NCBI GenBank assembly: GCA_964252035.1 | Contig: OZ176207.1 | Direction: 5' to 3' (one strand) | DNA from: Podarcis erhardii | Taxonomy: Eukaryota | DNA: 64,000 bases | Shown here: positions 48,779 through 60,823 of the stretch, piece by piece | How positions within the stretch are numbered: the stretch's first letter is position 1 | Layout: every line of letters begins with the position of its first letter | Translations under genes and position numbers: made by a program | Notes under the pieces: generated by a model | What the model was told of the DNA's origin: nothing | The model's database searches: none | What the model saw: the letters and a program-made list of their open reading frames with translations, nothing else

Positions 48779-50725
48779 TTTATTTTTTTTAAGTGATATT
48801 TATTAAAGTTTCCAATAAAAACATATAAACACAAACAACAATAAAAACATACACAAACAAAAAACCAAAAACAAGTATAATTTCAAACCTTATTTTCTTA
48901 AACCTAATTTCCCCGACCTCCTCACACCTCCCCCTTCTGTATTCTAATCTCATTTATCTTATCAGCAAATCTATTTCCCTATTTCCCATAGTTTTTGTTT
49001 ATTCTGTTCTTTTTCCTTAATCAACGCCCCTGAAAACCACTAATTTTTAAACCCATATCTTTCTAGCCCTCATTAATTTTATAGTGTTTATTAAGATAGT
49101 CTTTAAATTTCTTCCAATCTTCTTCCACTGTCTCTTTCTCCTGGTCTCGGATTCTGCCAGTCATCTCTGCCAGTCCCATGTAGTCTGTCATCTTCATCTG
49201 CCATTCTTCCAGGGTGGGTAGATCTGGTGTCTTCTAATACTTTGCAATAAGAATCCTTGCTGCTGTTGTAGCGTACATAAAAAAAGTTCTGTCCTTCTTT
49301 AACACCACATGGCTAAGCATACCCAGGAGAAAGGCCTCTGGTTTCTTCAAGAAGGTATATTTAAATACCTTTTTCATTTCATTATATATCATTTCCCAGA
49401 AAGCCTTAATCCTTGGGCATGTCCACCAGAGGTGAAAAAATGTACCTTCATTTTCTTTACATTTCCAACATTTATTATCTGATAAGTGGTAAATTTTTGC
49501 AAGCTTGACTGGGGTCATGTACCACCTATAGATCATTTTCATAATATTCTCTCTTAAGGCATTACATGCCGTGAATTTCATACCGGTGGTCCACAACCTT
49601 TCCCAGTCAGCGAACATAATGTTATGACCAATATCTTGTGCCCACTTAATCATAGCTGATTTAACTGTTTCATCCTGCGTATTCCATTTCAACAGCAAGT
49701 TATACATTTTTGACAGATTCTTAGTTTTGGGTTCTAGCAACTCTGTTCCCAGTTTTGATTTTTCCACCTGAACGCCAATTTTTCTGTCCAACTTATAGAC
49801 CTCCAGTATTTGATAATAGTGAAGCCAGTCTCGCACTTTATCTTTTAGATTCTCAAAACTCTGCAATTTCCACTTATTACCCTCCTGTTCTAAAATTTCG
49901 CAATATTTTGGCCATTTAGACTCCATATTAAGTTTTTTCAAAGCTTTTGCCTCCATTGGTGACAGCCACCTTGGAGTTTTATTCTCCAACAAATCTTTAT
50001 ATTTAATCCAGACATTATACAATGCTTTCCTGACAATATGGTTTTTAAAGCCTTTATGAGCCTTAACCTTGTCGTACCACAAATATGCATGCCACCCAAA
50101 AAAGTTATTAAAACCTTCCAAATCTAAAATGTCCGTGTTCTCGAGAGGCAGCCAGTCTTTTAACCAGCAAAAAGCTGCTGATTCATAATAAAGTCTATTT
50201 AAAGACAATTATGAGAAATGTTGGAAACAAGTGAAAAAAGATCTAGAAATTTGGTCAAATTTGAAGCTTTCCTTGTCTGGTCGAATAGCAGTTATAAAGA
50301 TGAATGTATTGCCTAGAATGTTGTTTCTGTTCCAAACACTGCAAATTGTGGACAAGATGGAATGTTTCAAGGGTTGGCAGCAATACATTTCTAAATTCAT
50401 CTGGCAGGGCAAATCCCCCTCTTTCCTTTGCATCAGTTAAAATCTTAAATTTTATTCTGGGCTTTTTGCCCTGCCAGATGAATTTAGAAATGTATTGCTG
50501 CCAACCCTTGAAACATTCCATCTTGTCCACAATTTGCAGTGTTTGGAACAGAAACAACATTCTAGGCAATACATTCATCTTTATAACTGCTATTCGACCA
50601 GACAAGGAAAGCTTCAAATTTGACCAAATTTCTAGATCTTTTTTCACTTGTTTCCAACATTTCTCATAATTGTCTTTAAATAGATTCATATTTTTAGCTG
50701 TCATATTGATCCCCAACTTGGGGAT
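48779..50725 (-). mobile_element. 5'-truncated, internally rearranged L1/Tx1-clade LINE
   Basis: It has an 18-bp TSD CAATATTGCTTTCATCTA (48761-48778, 50726-50743) and an A-rich tail. The ORF2 C-terminal region includes SLSGRIAVIKMNVLPR and the CCHC knuckle CWKC...H...C. Confidence 0.93.
49070..50720 (-). pseudogene. L1 ORF2 C-terminal fragment, interrupted by an inverted duplication and a premature TAG (49234-49236, in place of Trp)
   Basis: ORFs 50255-50740 and 49234-50208 join as ...RGGFALPD / RLYYESAAF... The frame continues past the TAG (KTPDLPTLEEWQMKMTDY). Confidence 0.85.
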
Positions 50726-53519
50726 CAATATTGCTTTCATCTAAGCTGTTGCATGTTAATCCTGAATCAGGAAGCTTTGATACTGTGACCAATTTTTGTG
50801 CTGCAAACTGCCCTGTGATCTTTGGATGAAGGGCAGTATATAAGTTTATTAAATAATAATAATAATGATGATGATGATGACACAACCAATTTACCAGGTG
50901 GGAGCCAGATTATGGGCTGGCATGAATGTGGCCATGGCTGAGCGGGTGAGGGGAGTCAGATGAAAACCTCCTTGGGAGATCTAGTGGGACATTTCTGTAT
51001 CTTTCAGGGATGGGCAGGTCTCAGGCAGGAACAGGACAGCAGCCCCCTTTCAATGGACTGGCTGGTTACGCCACTGGGCTTTCCCTCACCTTGTGGTCAC
51101 CAGCCAGATTCCTGTTGCATGGCATGCACCATGCTGGGTCCTTCTACATTGGGCAACTTCCATAGCATTCCCAAGCAGGCATTTTGGAAAAGGGTGTCAG
51201 ATTTCAGATCAGAAGCTTATGGATCCAGAACCAATGTCATGTCAACCACTACTTACTGTGATCAATAAAAACATCTCAGCCTCCCAGGACTCTCTTTGAC
51301 TGACCTTAAAGTTGCCATCCTTGAAAAAAAAGAACTTCAGCGGAAATCATCAACATTTAAATGTTGAAAATTCAATTCAAGCTTATGGCTTGAATCAAGA
51401 CAAATTTTCTTTGTTTATTAAATTTATTTATTTGATTTTTCAACTTAACATTTTACAGAGATATATCAAACACAGATAATAAAAACAAGATTCGAACGAA
51501 TCTCCTAGACTTCCATCCTCCCCTATGTGGGTCCTATTATTAATCAGCAAGACAAATGTTTTATTTATCACACTGCAAGTATTAATTAGAATACCAATTT
51601 AAGGATGTCTATGCTAACATTTGGGAGAGGGCAATATTTCTCTCTCTCTCTCTCTCTCTCTCAAACTAAGAAGTGGCTGAGTGATGTATTTTCTTGCTTG
51701 TACATTTGCTTTAAACACCAACAGCTTCACATCAGCCAGATTAGTTTTCTCAGTGTTTGTTTGTGCAGGGAAAGTATATCCTCCAATAGGCACCACAAGG
51801 TGAGGCTGTCCTTAATGCTACCTGCCCTTAATGCTGTCCTTAGTGTTTCATTTTCTATCTGCAGTAATCAATGAGAGAATAAAATTCTTAAGAGAGAATG
51901 CTGTGTCTTGTGGGGGAGATTCAGAATTTGAAGTCTTTATTCATTTGGGGTGTACATAATTTTATTTAAATTGGCATGGATTCATTTTATATTATTTGTT
52001 CCATTTTATTTTAGTTTAATGTTTAATGTTTAATTTTAATATTTGTTAAAATATTAAATAGTGATGTTTCCTTTTTGAAGAGGCATGTTGAGATTCCCCA
52101 GGGAAATACAGCATATTAAGTTTGTTTATATTCTCGTTTATTTGGATCCGAGTTAAATTCTAGTTCTGCTAGCTTGTCTTACTTTCATATTGTTAAACTT
52201 TGTTTTGTAATCATCTGGTGAAATGAATCTAATGCTGCCTGCAGAATGCTAAAGAACTCTGGGCGATTTCTTCCCCAAACCAAGAAGTAAGATATATATA
52301 CATAAGTTAAATGAAGCTTTTAACTTTTCTTTTTGAAAAAAATCTCTCTGCTGCTTTTTGAAAAAAATCCAGGGCTTGTTAGTGCTCCACAGGCAGCATT
52401 TAGACAACCTTATATCTTGCAAAGCCCATGGACCTAAAGTGGAGAAACATAAAGACATAGAAATATAGAGTACAGAAAAGTAGGAAGTAGAGAAAAGAGT
52501 GACAAATAAATGTGAGGCTTTGCAGCAGCCCTGATCTAACTTGGGTCACTTTGTTCGTCTCAGTTTTCAATTCAGAAAGTGGTAAAACCACGCTTATCCA
52601 CCCAATTCACCTAATTATTCAGTGCCAGCACAGATTAGTTCCACATACTTATTGCTTACTTTGTTTTGTAGTGACTTCAGCTTGGGGTGAAATAGACTGA
52701 ATCCCTGCCTTACAATCCAAAGACTTCAGGTCTAAGACTAGCTATGACATCTAGCCCTATGTCACTTCTTCTATGTCTCACAGGGTGGGTATAAGGAAGT
52801 GACAAGAGTGCAATTAACCTGCATGTCTATTAAAACCAGCTAAAGAGGTTTCAGGTGCTTTAGATGAAGCTCTCAGAAACTGTATATTCCTACTATAAAA
52901 TTCCATGCACAAATCTGTGTGTGTGGATAATAAACATCCCCCACAATATACAATGTACACAAACATAAAGTGAGTTAAAATATCTCGTAGTCAGTAGCAC
53001 TGGAATATCTATTCATATCAGAAGGTCAGGGAGTGATTGCATATTGATTTAAATGGAATTTAAATGCATCCATCTTACAGATATGATTTACCATAAGTTT
53101 GGAAAGGACTAGTGCAAGGATATTGAACCTCTCGCTCTAAACATTATGTCATGTTGTTGGGAAACTCTGGCAAAAATTAGAGTGTGTTATAAATGCCTTA
53201 AGTGGATTTCTAAAACCCATCTCTTTAGAGCCAGTGCAAAATAAAGTTAACGTATTGCATACTGTCTATTATAGGAGAAAAAGGGCTTCCGGAATTTAAT
53301 AGAGATTGCATTCAGTGCACAAAGTGCTATCTGAGCATGGGAACAGTGCCCATATAACCTTCCCTAACCTGGAGTCATCCTGATGTTTTGGACTCCCACA
53401 TTTCCTGACTGTTGGCCAGGGGCTGATAGGAGTTGGAGCATAAAAGAACTGCACAGCACCAGTTAGGAAAGGCCGCTATAGCAGTTTACAGTGCCTTGTA
53501 GCCCTAAGATAGGGTTGGT

Positions 53520-54340
53520 GGTAGGGTGTCCCAAATTTTCCTTCCAAAATGTTGGGGTGCTTGTAAAGGACAGAAGTTAGGAGCACAGCTGGGCTATCAG
53601 CCTAAGCTGATGGAAAGCAATCCCTGACATGGAGGCCACCTGAGCCTGAAGCGACAGCAAAGGTTCTAGAAGTACCCCTGAGCTACGTACCCACTCCTTC
53701 AGAGGGAGTGTAACCCCATCAAGAGCAGACCACCTCCCATCAATTTGATCTAGGGAACCACACACTAACAGTGCCTCAGTCTAATCTGGATTGAGCTGCA
53801 GTTTGTTGACTCTCATCCAGCCCATTACTGAGGCAAGCTAATGGTCCAGCACATCCACTGCCATACCTGAAGATGTAAAGGATATTGCTAACAATGTACT
53901 ACCAAATGCCAGATAACCCAACACAGCGGTTTCATGTAGTTGTTAAACAGCATAAGGGATAAAATTGAACCCCAAGGAACCCCACATTGAAGACTTTGGG
54001 GCCGAAGAGCACTCCTCAAGCACCACCTTCTGGAAACAACCATCCAAGTAGGACCAGAACTGCCGCAAAGTGGTGTGACCATCTCCAACTCGGACAACTG
54101 CTCCAGAAGGATGGCATGGTTGATGATATCAAAAGCTACCGAGAAGTCGAAGATAATGAACAGGGACATATTTCCCCTCTTTCCCTTCCAATGGAGGTCA
54201 TCATACAGGGTGACCAAAGCAGTTTCTGTGCCAAAACTGGGCCAAAACCCCGTTTGAAATGGATCTAGAAAAATCTGTTTACTCCAAGAGCACCTGGATC
54301 TCATCCATGACCACCCGCTCAAGAACCATGCCCCAGAAGG
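53520..54340 (-). mobile_element. Degraded L2-clade LINE reverse-transcriptase fragment
   Basis: The translation contains FLDPFQTGF..FGTETALV.L.DDL, DFSVAFDII.HAILL and GVPWGSILSLMLFN.YMKPL. Confidence 0.85.
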
Positions 54341-54624
54341 AGAGATTGACATTGACAACTGGCTGGTAGTTACTTAACAAATACAGGGAGGGTTTCTTGA
54401 GGAGTGGTTTTACAACTGTTTGCTTCAAGTAGGCAGGGATCACCCCCTCACAAAGAGGTATTAATCATTTCCCTGGACCAGCCAGCTACCCCCCTGCTAG
54501 TTTTTATCACCCAAGAGGAGCAGGGGTCCAGAGCTAGAGTCAATCAGGATTCCAAGGCCAGGTTGAAAAGGGCAGCAAGGCAGGAAGCAGGTCCTCTAGG
54601 ACTCAAAGCCAAGATGGGGCCTAC

Positions 54625-54850
54625 TTCATTTCATTTATTGAATTTATATACCGCCCTATATCTGGAGGTCTCAGGGCAGTTCACAAAAAAAGAGATCACA
54701 ATATATAAAATCAAAATAAAAACAACAATCCAATAGCACACACACCCCAAGAAAGAGCCACATTTTAAAGGGTATAGGATGTTGATTAGATCAGTCAAAG
54801 GCTTGGTTAAAAAGGAACATTTTTTCCTGGTGCCTAAAGGTGTATAATGT
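54625..54850 (-). mobile_element. L2-like 3' end
   Basis: The tail motif TTTATATACCGCCC...CTCAGGGCAGTTCAC is followed by a sequence typical of L2 3' ends. Confidence 0.55.
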
Positions 54851-55261
54851 ATACTTCAGAGTAGACAGTAGGGACGGTAGAGAGCTCTAACTGAAATGAG
54901 AGAAAAAAATGCCGATGTTTGTTATTTGACCTATTTCCAGAATTGTAATGAATTCACCTGGCTACGCAAGGGTTAAAATGGGTAGGGAGCAGAGGCATGC
55001 ACACAAGTCCCATCCATAGCATACCTGTATGCAGGAGCTTCTCTCAGACCTTCATGCTGAATGAAGCTTCTCTGCATGGTCTCTACACACTTGGGGACCA
55101 TACAATTCCCAAACACTTGGGGACTTTTAAGTGTATTCAGTTGAATATGCACAGAAGCTCCATGCAGACCTCTTCACACAGTGTGTGAAGGTTTGAACGG
55201 AACCTTTCCATGCAGGTACATTGGAGATAGGGCATGTAAGGGCACCAGCATCTCTCTACAC

Positions 55262-55397
55262 CAGGCTTCCTCATCCTTGGTCCTCCAGAAGTTTTGAGAC
55301 CACAATTCCCATAATCCCTGACCACTGGTCCTGCTAGCTAGGGATCATGGGAGTTGTAGGCCAAAAACATCTAGAGTGCCAAGGCTGAGGAAGCCTG
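55262..55397. mobile_element. hAT-type MITE
   Basis: TIRs are CAGGCTTCCTCA / TGAGGAAGCCTG, with a perfect 8-bp TSD CTCTACAC. Confidence 0.9.
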
Positions 55398-57853
55398 CTC
55401 TACACACTTTTAATGCATTTCCGGGCAGAATGAAGAGAAGCTTCTATAGAGTTAGGCTCTTTGTATATTTCTTCATCAGTGAAGTCTGGTGGAAATGATA
55501 GCATTATTTGACCTTTACTTCCAGCATAACCTAGAATACATATTGCTTTATCAATTAGAAGTAAGTGCAGGGCTGTGCAAAAATGGCCTCTCGAAAAATT
55601 GCCATCCTATTTCCAGGCAGGGAAATTACATGGAGAGACATTTGATTATTGCATACCTGGAATATAGCTTACTGTGAAAAAGTAGGTGGTCCATCCATTG
55701 CTCTACCCACTTTTACTTCTAGTCCTGCCTTCAACTGGCATGCAACGCTCCCACAAAAATTGCCCACTTGGAAATGCAACTCTCAGGCTGAAAATGACTC
55801 TACATCCTTTGTTTATAGAATTGCAGCCTAAAAGATTCAAGCTAGGGATAGCTTTGCTTCCTTCTTTCTTTGTATTAGACATGGCTACTTTTCTGTGTCT
55901 GTGTTCCTAACAAATGATGAAAGTTAAAGTATTTATTCCAGATGAAAGTTCTGGAAGAAGTGGATTTCTCTGTCAGAAATTGCTTCAGATCTGCAAGATT
56001 CATTTTGGAACCAGTGCAATAAAATAGCTCAAGCACTCAACAGCTTTTTAACAAAGTGGGGAAGGATTTGCCTGGCAGTTTATGAATTACTGCACAGGCA
56101 GCCTAAGGAAAAAAATGTCATTCTTCTTTTAAAAGAAACAACAGTGACTAATCTGGGCAAATGGGCTTCACAGGTGAAATATGTTGATTTAATGATGAGG
56201 CAAATGAAGCAAAAGTCACCACCCTAAACTGGCTGATTACAGTTAATGTTACATGGCCAATTATGAAGTGAACAATAGCAAATCTAGTGAAGAATAGATT
56301 TGTTTTGTTTTTCTGAGAAAGGGCAGGAAAAGGGGCAAGCTTAAAAACGCCCCACATTTTTAAAAAATGAAAAAGGATGTTGTGAATATAAAATAAGACA
56401 CTAATTGAAGTATAATTTTCTGAGTCAGTGTGGATATTTCTTGTCAGGTGCACTTAAAAATGTCTTGGAGGTAAGCTGCTGATGCAGTGTACAAGGAAGT
56501 CTAAATATAAAATTGTCATGCTATCATTTTGCTAATGGGAAGCACTGAATAATTCAACTCCAGTAATAATAAGGCAAAATCTATCTTGTATCTGTATCTT
56601 ATGAGCCAGGATGTTAATTTACTTTGAGCATTTGAGATGAGATTATTATTATTTTCTTTTGCTCTGAAAGATTAAAAAAACCAGCACTTTTGTGTCATTC
56701 ATTCATTAGGGTAGGATGAGTAATAGTGAGATGCTGTAGGAGCAAAATGGAACTGACTCCCTCTCCACATCCCATAACCTGGAAAGAACTGAAGGCTGTG
56801 GAGGAGGAGCTTACTATAGGATTCAGCTAGTGATGGGAGAGAAATTCACTACCTATATTGCACTTACCAAAACAAGACACAGACCAAAACATAGGAATCC
56901 TTCAAAATTCATGTTTTTGTGAACTTTGCAATGTTGTCCTCCAACAAAAAAATATACCCAAAAATATATATCATATTTTAGGGAAAGTGTGCATGGAAAT
57001 GCATATATTAGTGACAATAACATAATAAATTCCATTGTGTTAAAGGAAATTGCTTGCAACATGCAAGTACTGGGATAAATGCACACTGATGAATTTTCAT
57101 GATCACATTTAGAAATGAATCAAAAAGTGTTGTAGAGATGTAGCAAGCTGGGCTTAAAACTAGAAAAATGAGAATTTGAGAGAACCTGAAATGGATAGGT
57201 TCATCCATTCCTAACTCCATGAAAAGTAAAGTGTAATTATGAAAGTTCATTAACCACACACAAAATGACCCCTTACAAAAGTTCATTTTTGCTTTCCACT
57301 GTCCTTCCACTGAGCATCTGCCGGCTTATCATTTTTGTTCCACACCAAACCTGGAAATGTCTTTTGGCACTTGACAGAGATGTTCCAATAGTCAGTTTCC
57401 TTTGAGAGACCTGCCAGTTAAACTTTACTGTGAACATCAGAGCTTGCATGGAATATGCAAGGTGGTTTAATATGTGTGTGTGTATGTTTGCCTAGGCAAA
57501 TTGTGATGCATCCTGTTTGAGGCTTCTGCAGAAAGTTGAACCAATTACTGGCTGATGGATGGATGTACTGAACTTGTTAGTCACTGGTAACACAAAACAG
57601 TCACCAAGCAACTCACAACAGATTTAAATGCATATGCGTCTTTCTTTTTTAAAGATGTTATTATATGAAATGCATTTTCACAAAACATGTTTACACAAAA
57701 ACACACCTAATTCGTAAAAAAAAATGCACAAAGCCACCACCAGTAACAATAGTGGAAAGCTTGGACAACATAATTAACAGCACAATGTCATCAAGTATTA
57801 CTTGATGCCAAAAAGATGTCAGTGAATGCACTAGGTGACTCTTACTGGGTGTA

Positions 57854-58211
57854 AAGGTAAAGGTAAAGGGACCCCTGACCGTTAAGTCCAATTGCGGATG
57901 ACTCTGGGGTTGCGGCGCTCATCTCGCTTTATTGGCCGAGGGAGCCAGTGTACAGCTTCCAGGTCATGTGGCCAGCATGACTTAGCCACTTCTGGCGAAC
58001 CAGAGCAGTGCACGGAAACACCGTTTAATTTCCCACCAGAGCGGTACCTATTTATCTACTTGCACTTTGTGCTTTCGAACTGCTAGGTTGGCAGGAGCTG
58101 GGACCGAGCAACAGGAGCTCACCCCGTCACGGGGATTTGAATCACCAACCTTCTGATCAGCAAGTCCTAGGCTCTGTGGTTTAGACCACAGCACCACCTG
58201 CGTCCCCCTTT
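57854..58211 (-). mobile_element. Sauria SINE
   Basis: It is a reverse-complement copy with a 9-bp TSD CTGGGTGTA (57845-57853, 58212-58220). Confidence 0.92.
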
Positions 58212-59141
58212 CTGGGTGTAGTATTCCATAAATACAGAGCTGCAACCGAAAAGGTCCTCTCTGTTATCTTTCAAATCTCCTTAAAGGAGGGACACAGAGA
58301 TGGGCGTCAAATGTAGATTTAAGGGTCTTCTCTGAGTTACCAAATCCGCTGTGGACCCATGAGGAGTTCTTCTATGGCCCAGATTTGATTACTGAGGTTT
58401 GTAGTTCACACCAAAGAACTTTGTCAATATCACTATTTAAAGTTGGACATCATGTTTTCTTTTCAACAATACAGACAAGTGAGGTCAATCAATTATTTTT
58501 TGACTATCCACCAGCACTTGTTGAGCCTTATTTCAGACGGTAAACAGCACCTTTTCCACAGGGCCAGTCAACCAGAGACAAGTTTTCATTCAATGATGAG
58601 AAGTTATTCTGATAAACAAAGTTTCAAATGATTTCTTCTTAGCCTATTCAGCTTCTTAAAGTGCTGTGTTGTGCTCCATGTTCCTGGTTCAAAAAGTGAT
58701 ATAATGCAGATCTCAGTCATTATTGCACATTACATATGCATTTGACTTCCTTTGCTTGCAAACCTGAGAAAGTCTGCACTCCTACAGCCTATTAAGGATT
58801 CATATCTATAGCAGTAAATAAGTGATTTTCACAGATATTTGTGTGAGCTCTGTACAATGTTGAGAAGCGGCTTTGTGGATTATAACCTTTCTGCTTGTAC
58901 ATGTGTAAGCTGTTCTGAGTTGCTGTGATGATATCTCAATAATGTTTCCTTTTCAGCTATTGTCTACAAGGAATAACAATTAGAAAGGGGCTATGATCTG
59001 AAATACTGGGACAGATTGCAAAGTAACACTAGTTATTAACCAATTAATTTCTGTTTACACTGTTGCAGATGAACTGGCTTGTGTGTTGAAAAAAAAATCA
59101 AAGGCCACTCTCATTTTAAAATTCAAGATTATGGTCTAGGT

Positions 59142-59278
59142 CAGGCATAGGCAAATTTGGCCCTCCAGAACTTTTTAGGACTACAACTCTCATCATCCCT
59201 AGCTAACAGGACCAGTGGTCAGGGATGATGGGAGTTGTAGTCCCAAAACATCTGAAGGATGGAGTTTGTCTATGTTTG
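59142..59278. mobile_element. hAT-type MITE (related to 55262)
   Basis: Termini are CAGGCATAGGCAAA / TTTGTCTATGTTTG, the GGGAGTTGTAG core is shared with 55262, and the TSD GTCTAGGT / GTCTAGTC matches at 6 of 8. Confidence 0.8.
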
Positions 59279-60774
59279 GTCTAGTCAAAGCTGTTCTCTA
59301 AGAAATAGCATGCATTTATGCCTTCAAATGTTCTCAAATTTCTGTCACAGTCATTTTACAATGAAGCTTTCCTATGTTCCTATATAACAATACATTAATA
59401 AAATGTGTGGTAATTCATTTCTTAAGGGTTCATTTCTTATTACGCTCCTACCACCTTTGGCCAGTGAAAGCATCCTACCAAAATTCACCAGTGTATGATG
59501 GTATCTGGAAAAACAATTCCATCATTCTCATCTATAAAAATGAAAGCTTACTGCAATTTCTCCATATCACCTCTAGTTTCACAAATACTAATTCGTTTCT
59601 TTTCATTGGAAGTAGCCAATCATATTGCCTATATAGTGGCATGAGCAGAAAATTTATATAAATGTATGTTCAGTCACAGGGAAGCATCTCAAAATTCTTC
59701 AAATGTAGTGTTCTAGTATTCCCTCCATATATACCATCAACTAGAATGTCCACTTCAGTGCCTGTAAAGTTATTTTTATTTTATTTTAAAGGAGCTAGTT
59801 TTGTATCATAGCTAGTAGTAGTTACTATCAACCTACTAGTCCAAGAAGTGTAGATCAGAACATTTTGCATTAGCAAAGATTGAAGGGCTCCAGCATCCCT
59901 GCTGCTCATATGAGAGTAAAGTGGCGGTAAAGAGATTTTTTAGTATTTAGTATTCTCTATTATGTGGAGTTAGGAATTGGTGGAAATTGCATAAAGGTAA
60001 AAAATAAAAACCAACAGAGATAAAATGTAGAGCCTTTATGGCTTTAAATCCATCCATGATGTTCCACAGACTGATTTTTGAATCAAAATATGTTTTGTGT
60101 TACAGAGTTTGCTTTGTCTCCTCTGTGATGCTCAGTCAGGTTTTGTCCTGCAGCAGGGGAAATGAACCAGTCACTTGGATAGCAATAATCATGATTGAAG
60201 TTAGAATCCAGGCTCTGCAGGCATGTTATTTCAGTAATTGTCATGAAATATATTAGTGCTCAAGATTTCTCCTATCCTTTAGGTATTTCCTTATTTATTT
60301 TCCTTGCTTAGTTCTCTGCATATGTTGCAATCATTGCTCACTCCTTCATCATTTTTCTTCTTAAAAATAGAATTCCTCATATAGCATTAGAGCTGGTCAA
60401 GAAAAACACATTACCTTGAAATGAAAATAGCTGAATTTTATTATTCTTATGTATATATTAGAGTCATGTGAAATACTATTCTCTTTCAATTTTCAGACTC
60501 AAAATAGTGCTTTCCTCCCTCGCAGATCTGTTTAATTGTTTGAACATTATCTTTTTTTCAAGTATTTATGTCATTGCTCCTTCTGTCTGCTGCTGCTTTG
60601 CAATAGGTTTTCTTCTTTTTTCTTCTTCTAGCTTCTGCCTCTCTTAACCACATGGGTGATTAAGCCAGTTAGGGATTTGTGTAATGGACAGCCACTTTTT
60701 AGTCAAACAGATCTGGCTGCATGATAAACGGTGGCAAACTCAATTAGTGAAGACAATGCTTTCCATCTCAAGCA

Positions 60775-60822
<48 letters not shown>
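60775..60822. repeat. (AAT)n microsatellite
   Basis: Read directly from the sequence. Confidence 0.95.

Positions 60823-60823
<1 letters not shown>

Noticed and set aside
50231-50669. Duplicate ORFs on opposite strands (50231-50440 with 50255-50740; 50209-50433 with 50304-50669) as separate genes
   Set aside because: They are mirror translations of the 220-bp inverted duplication.
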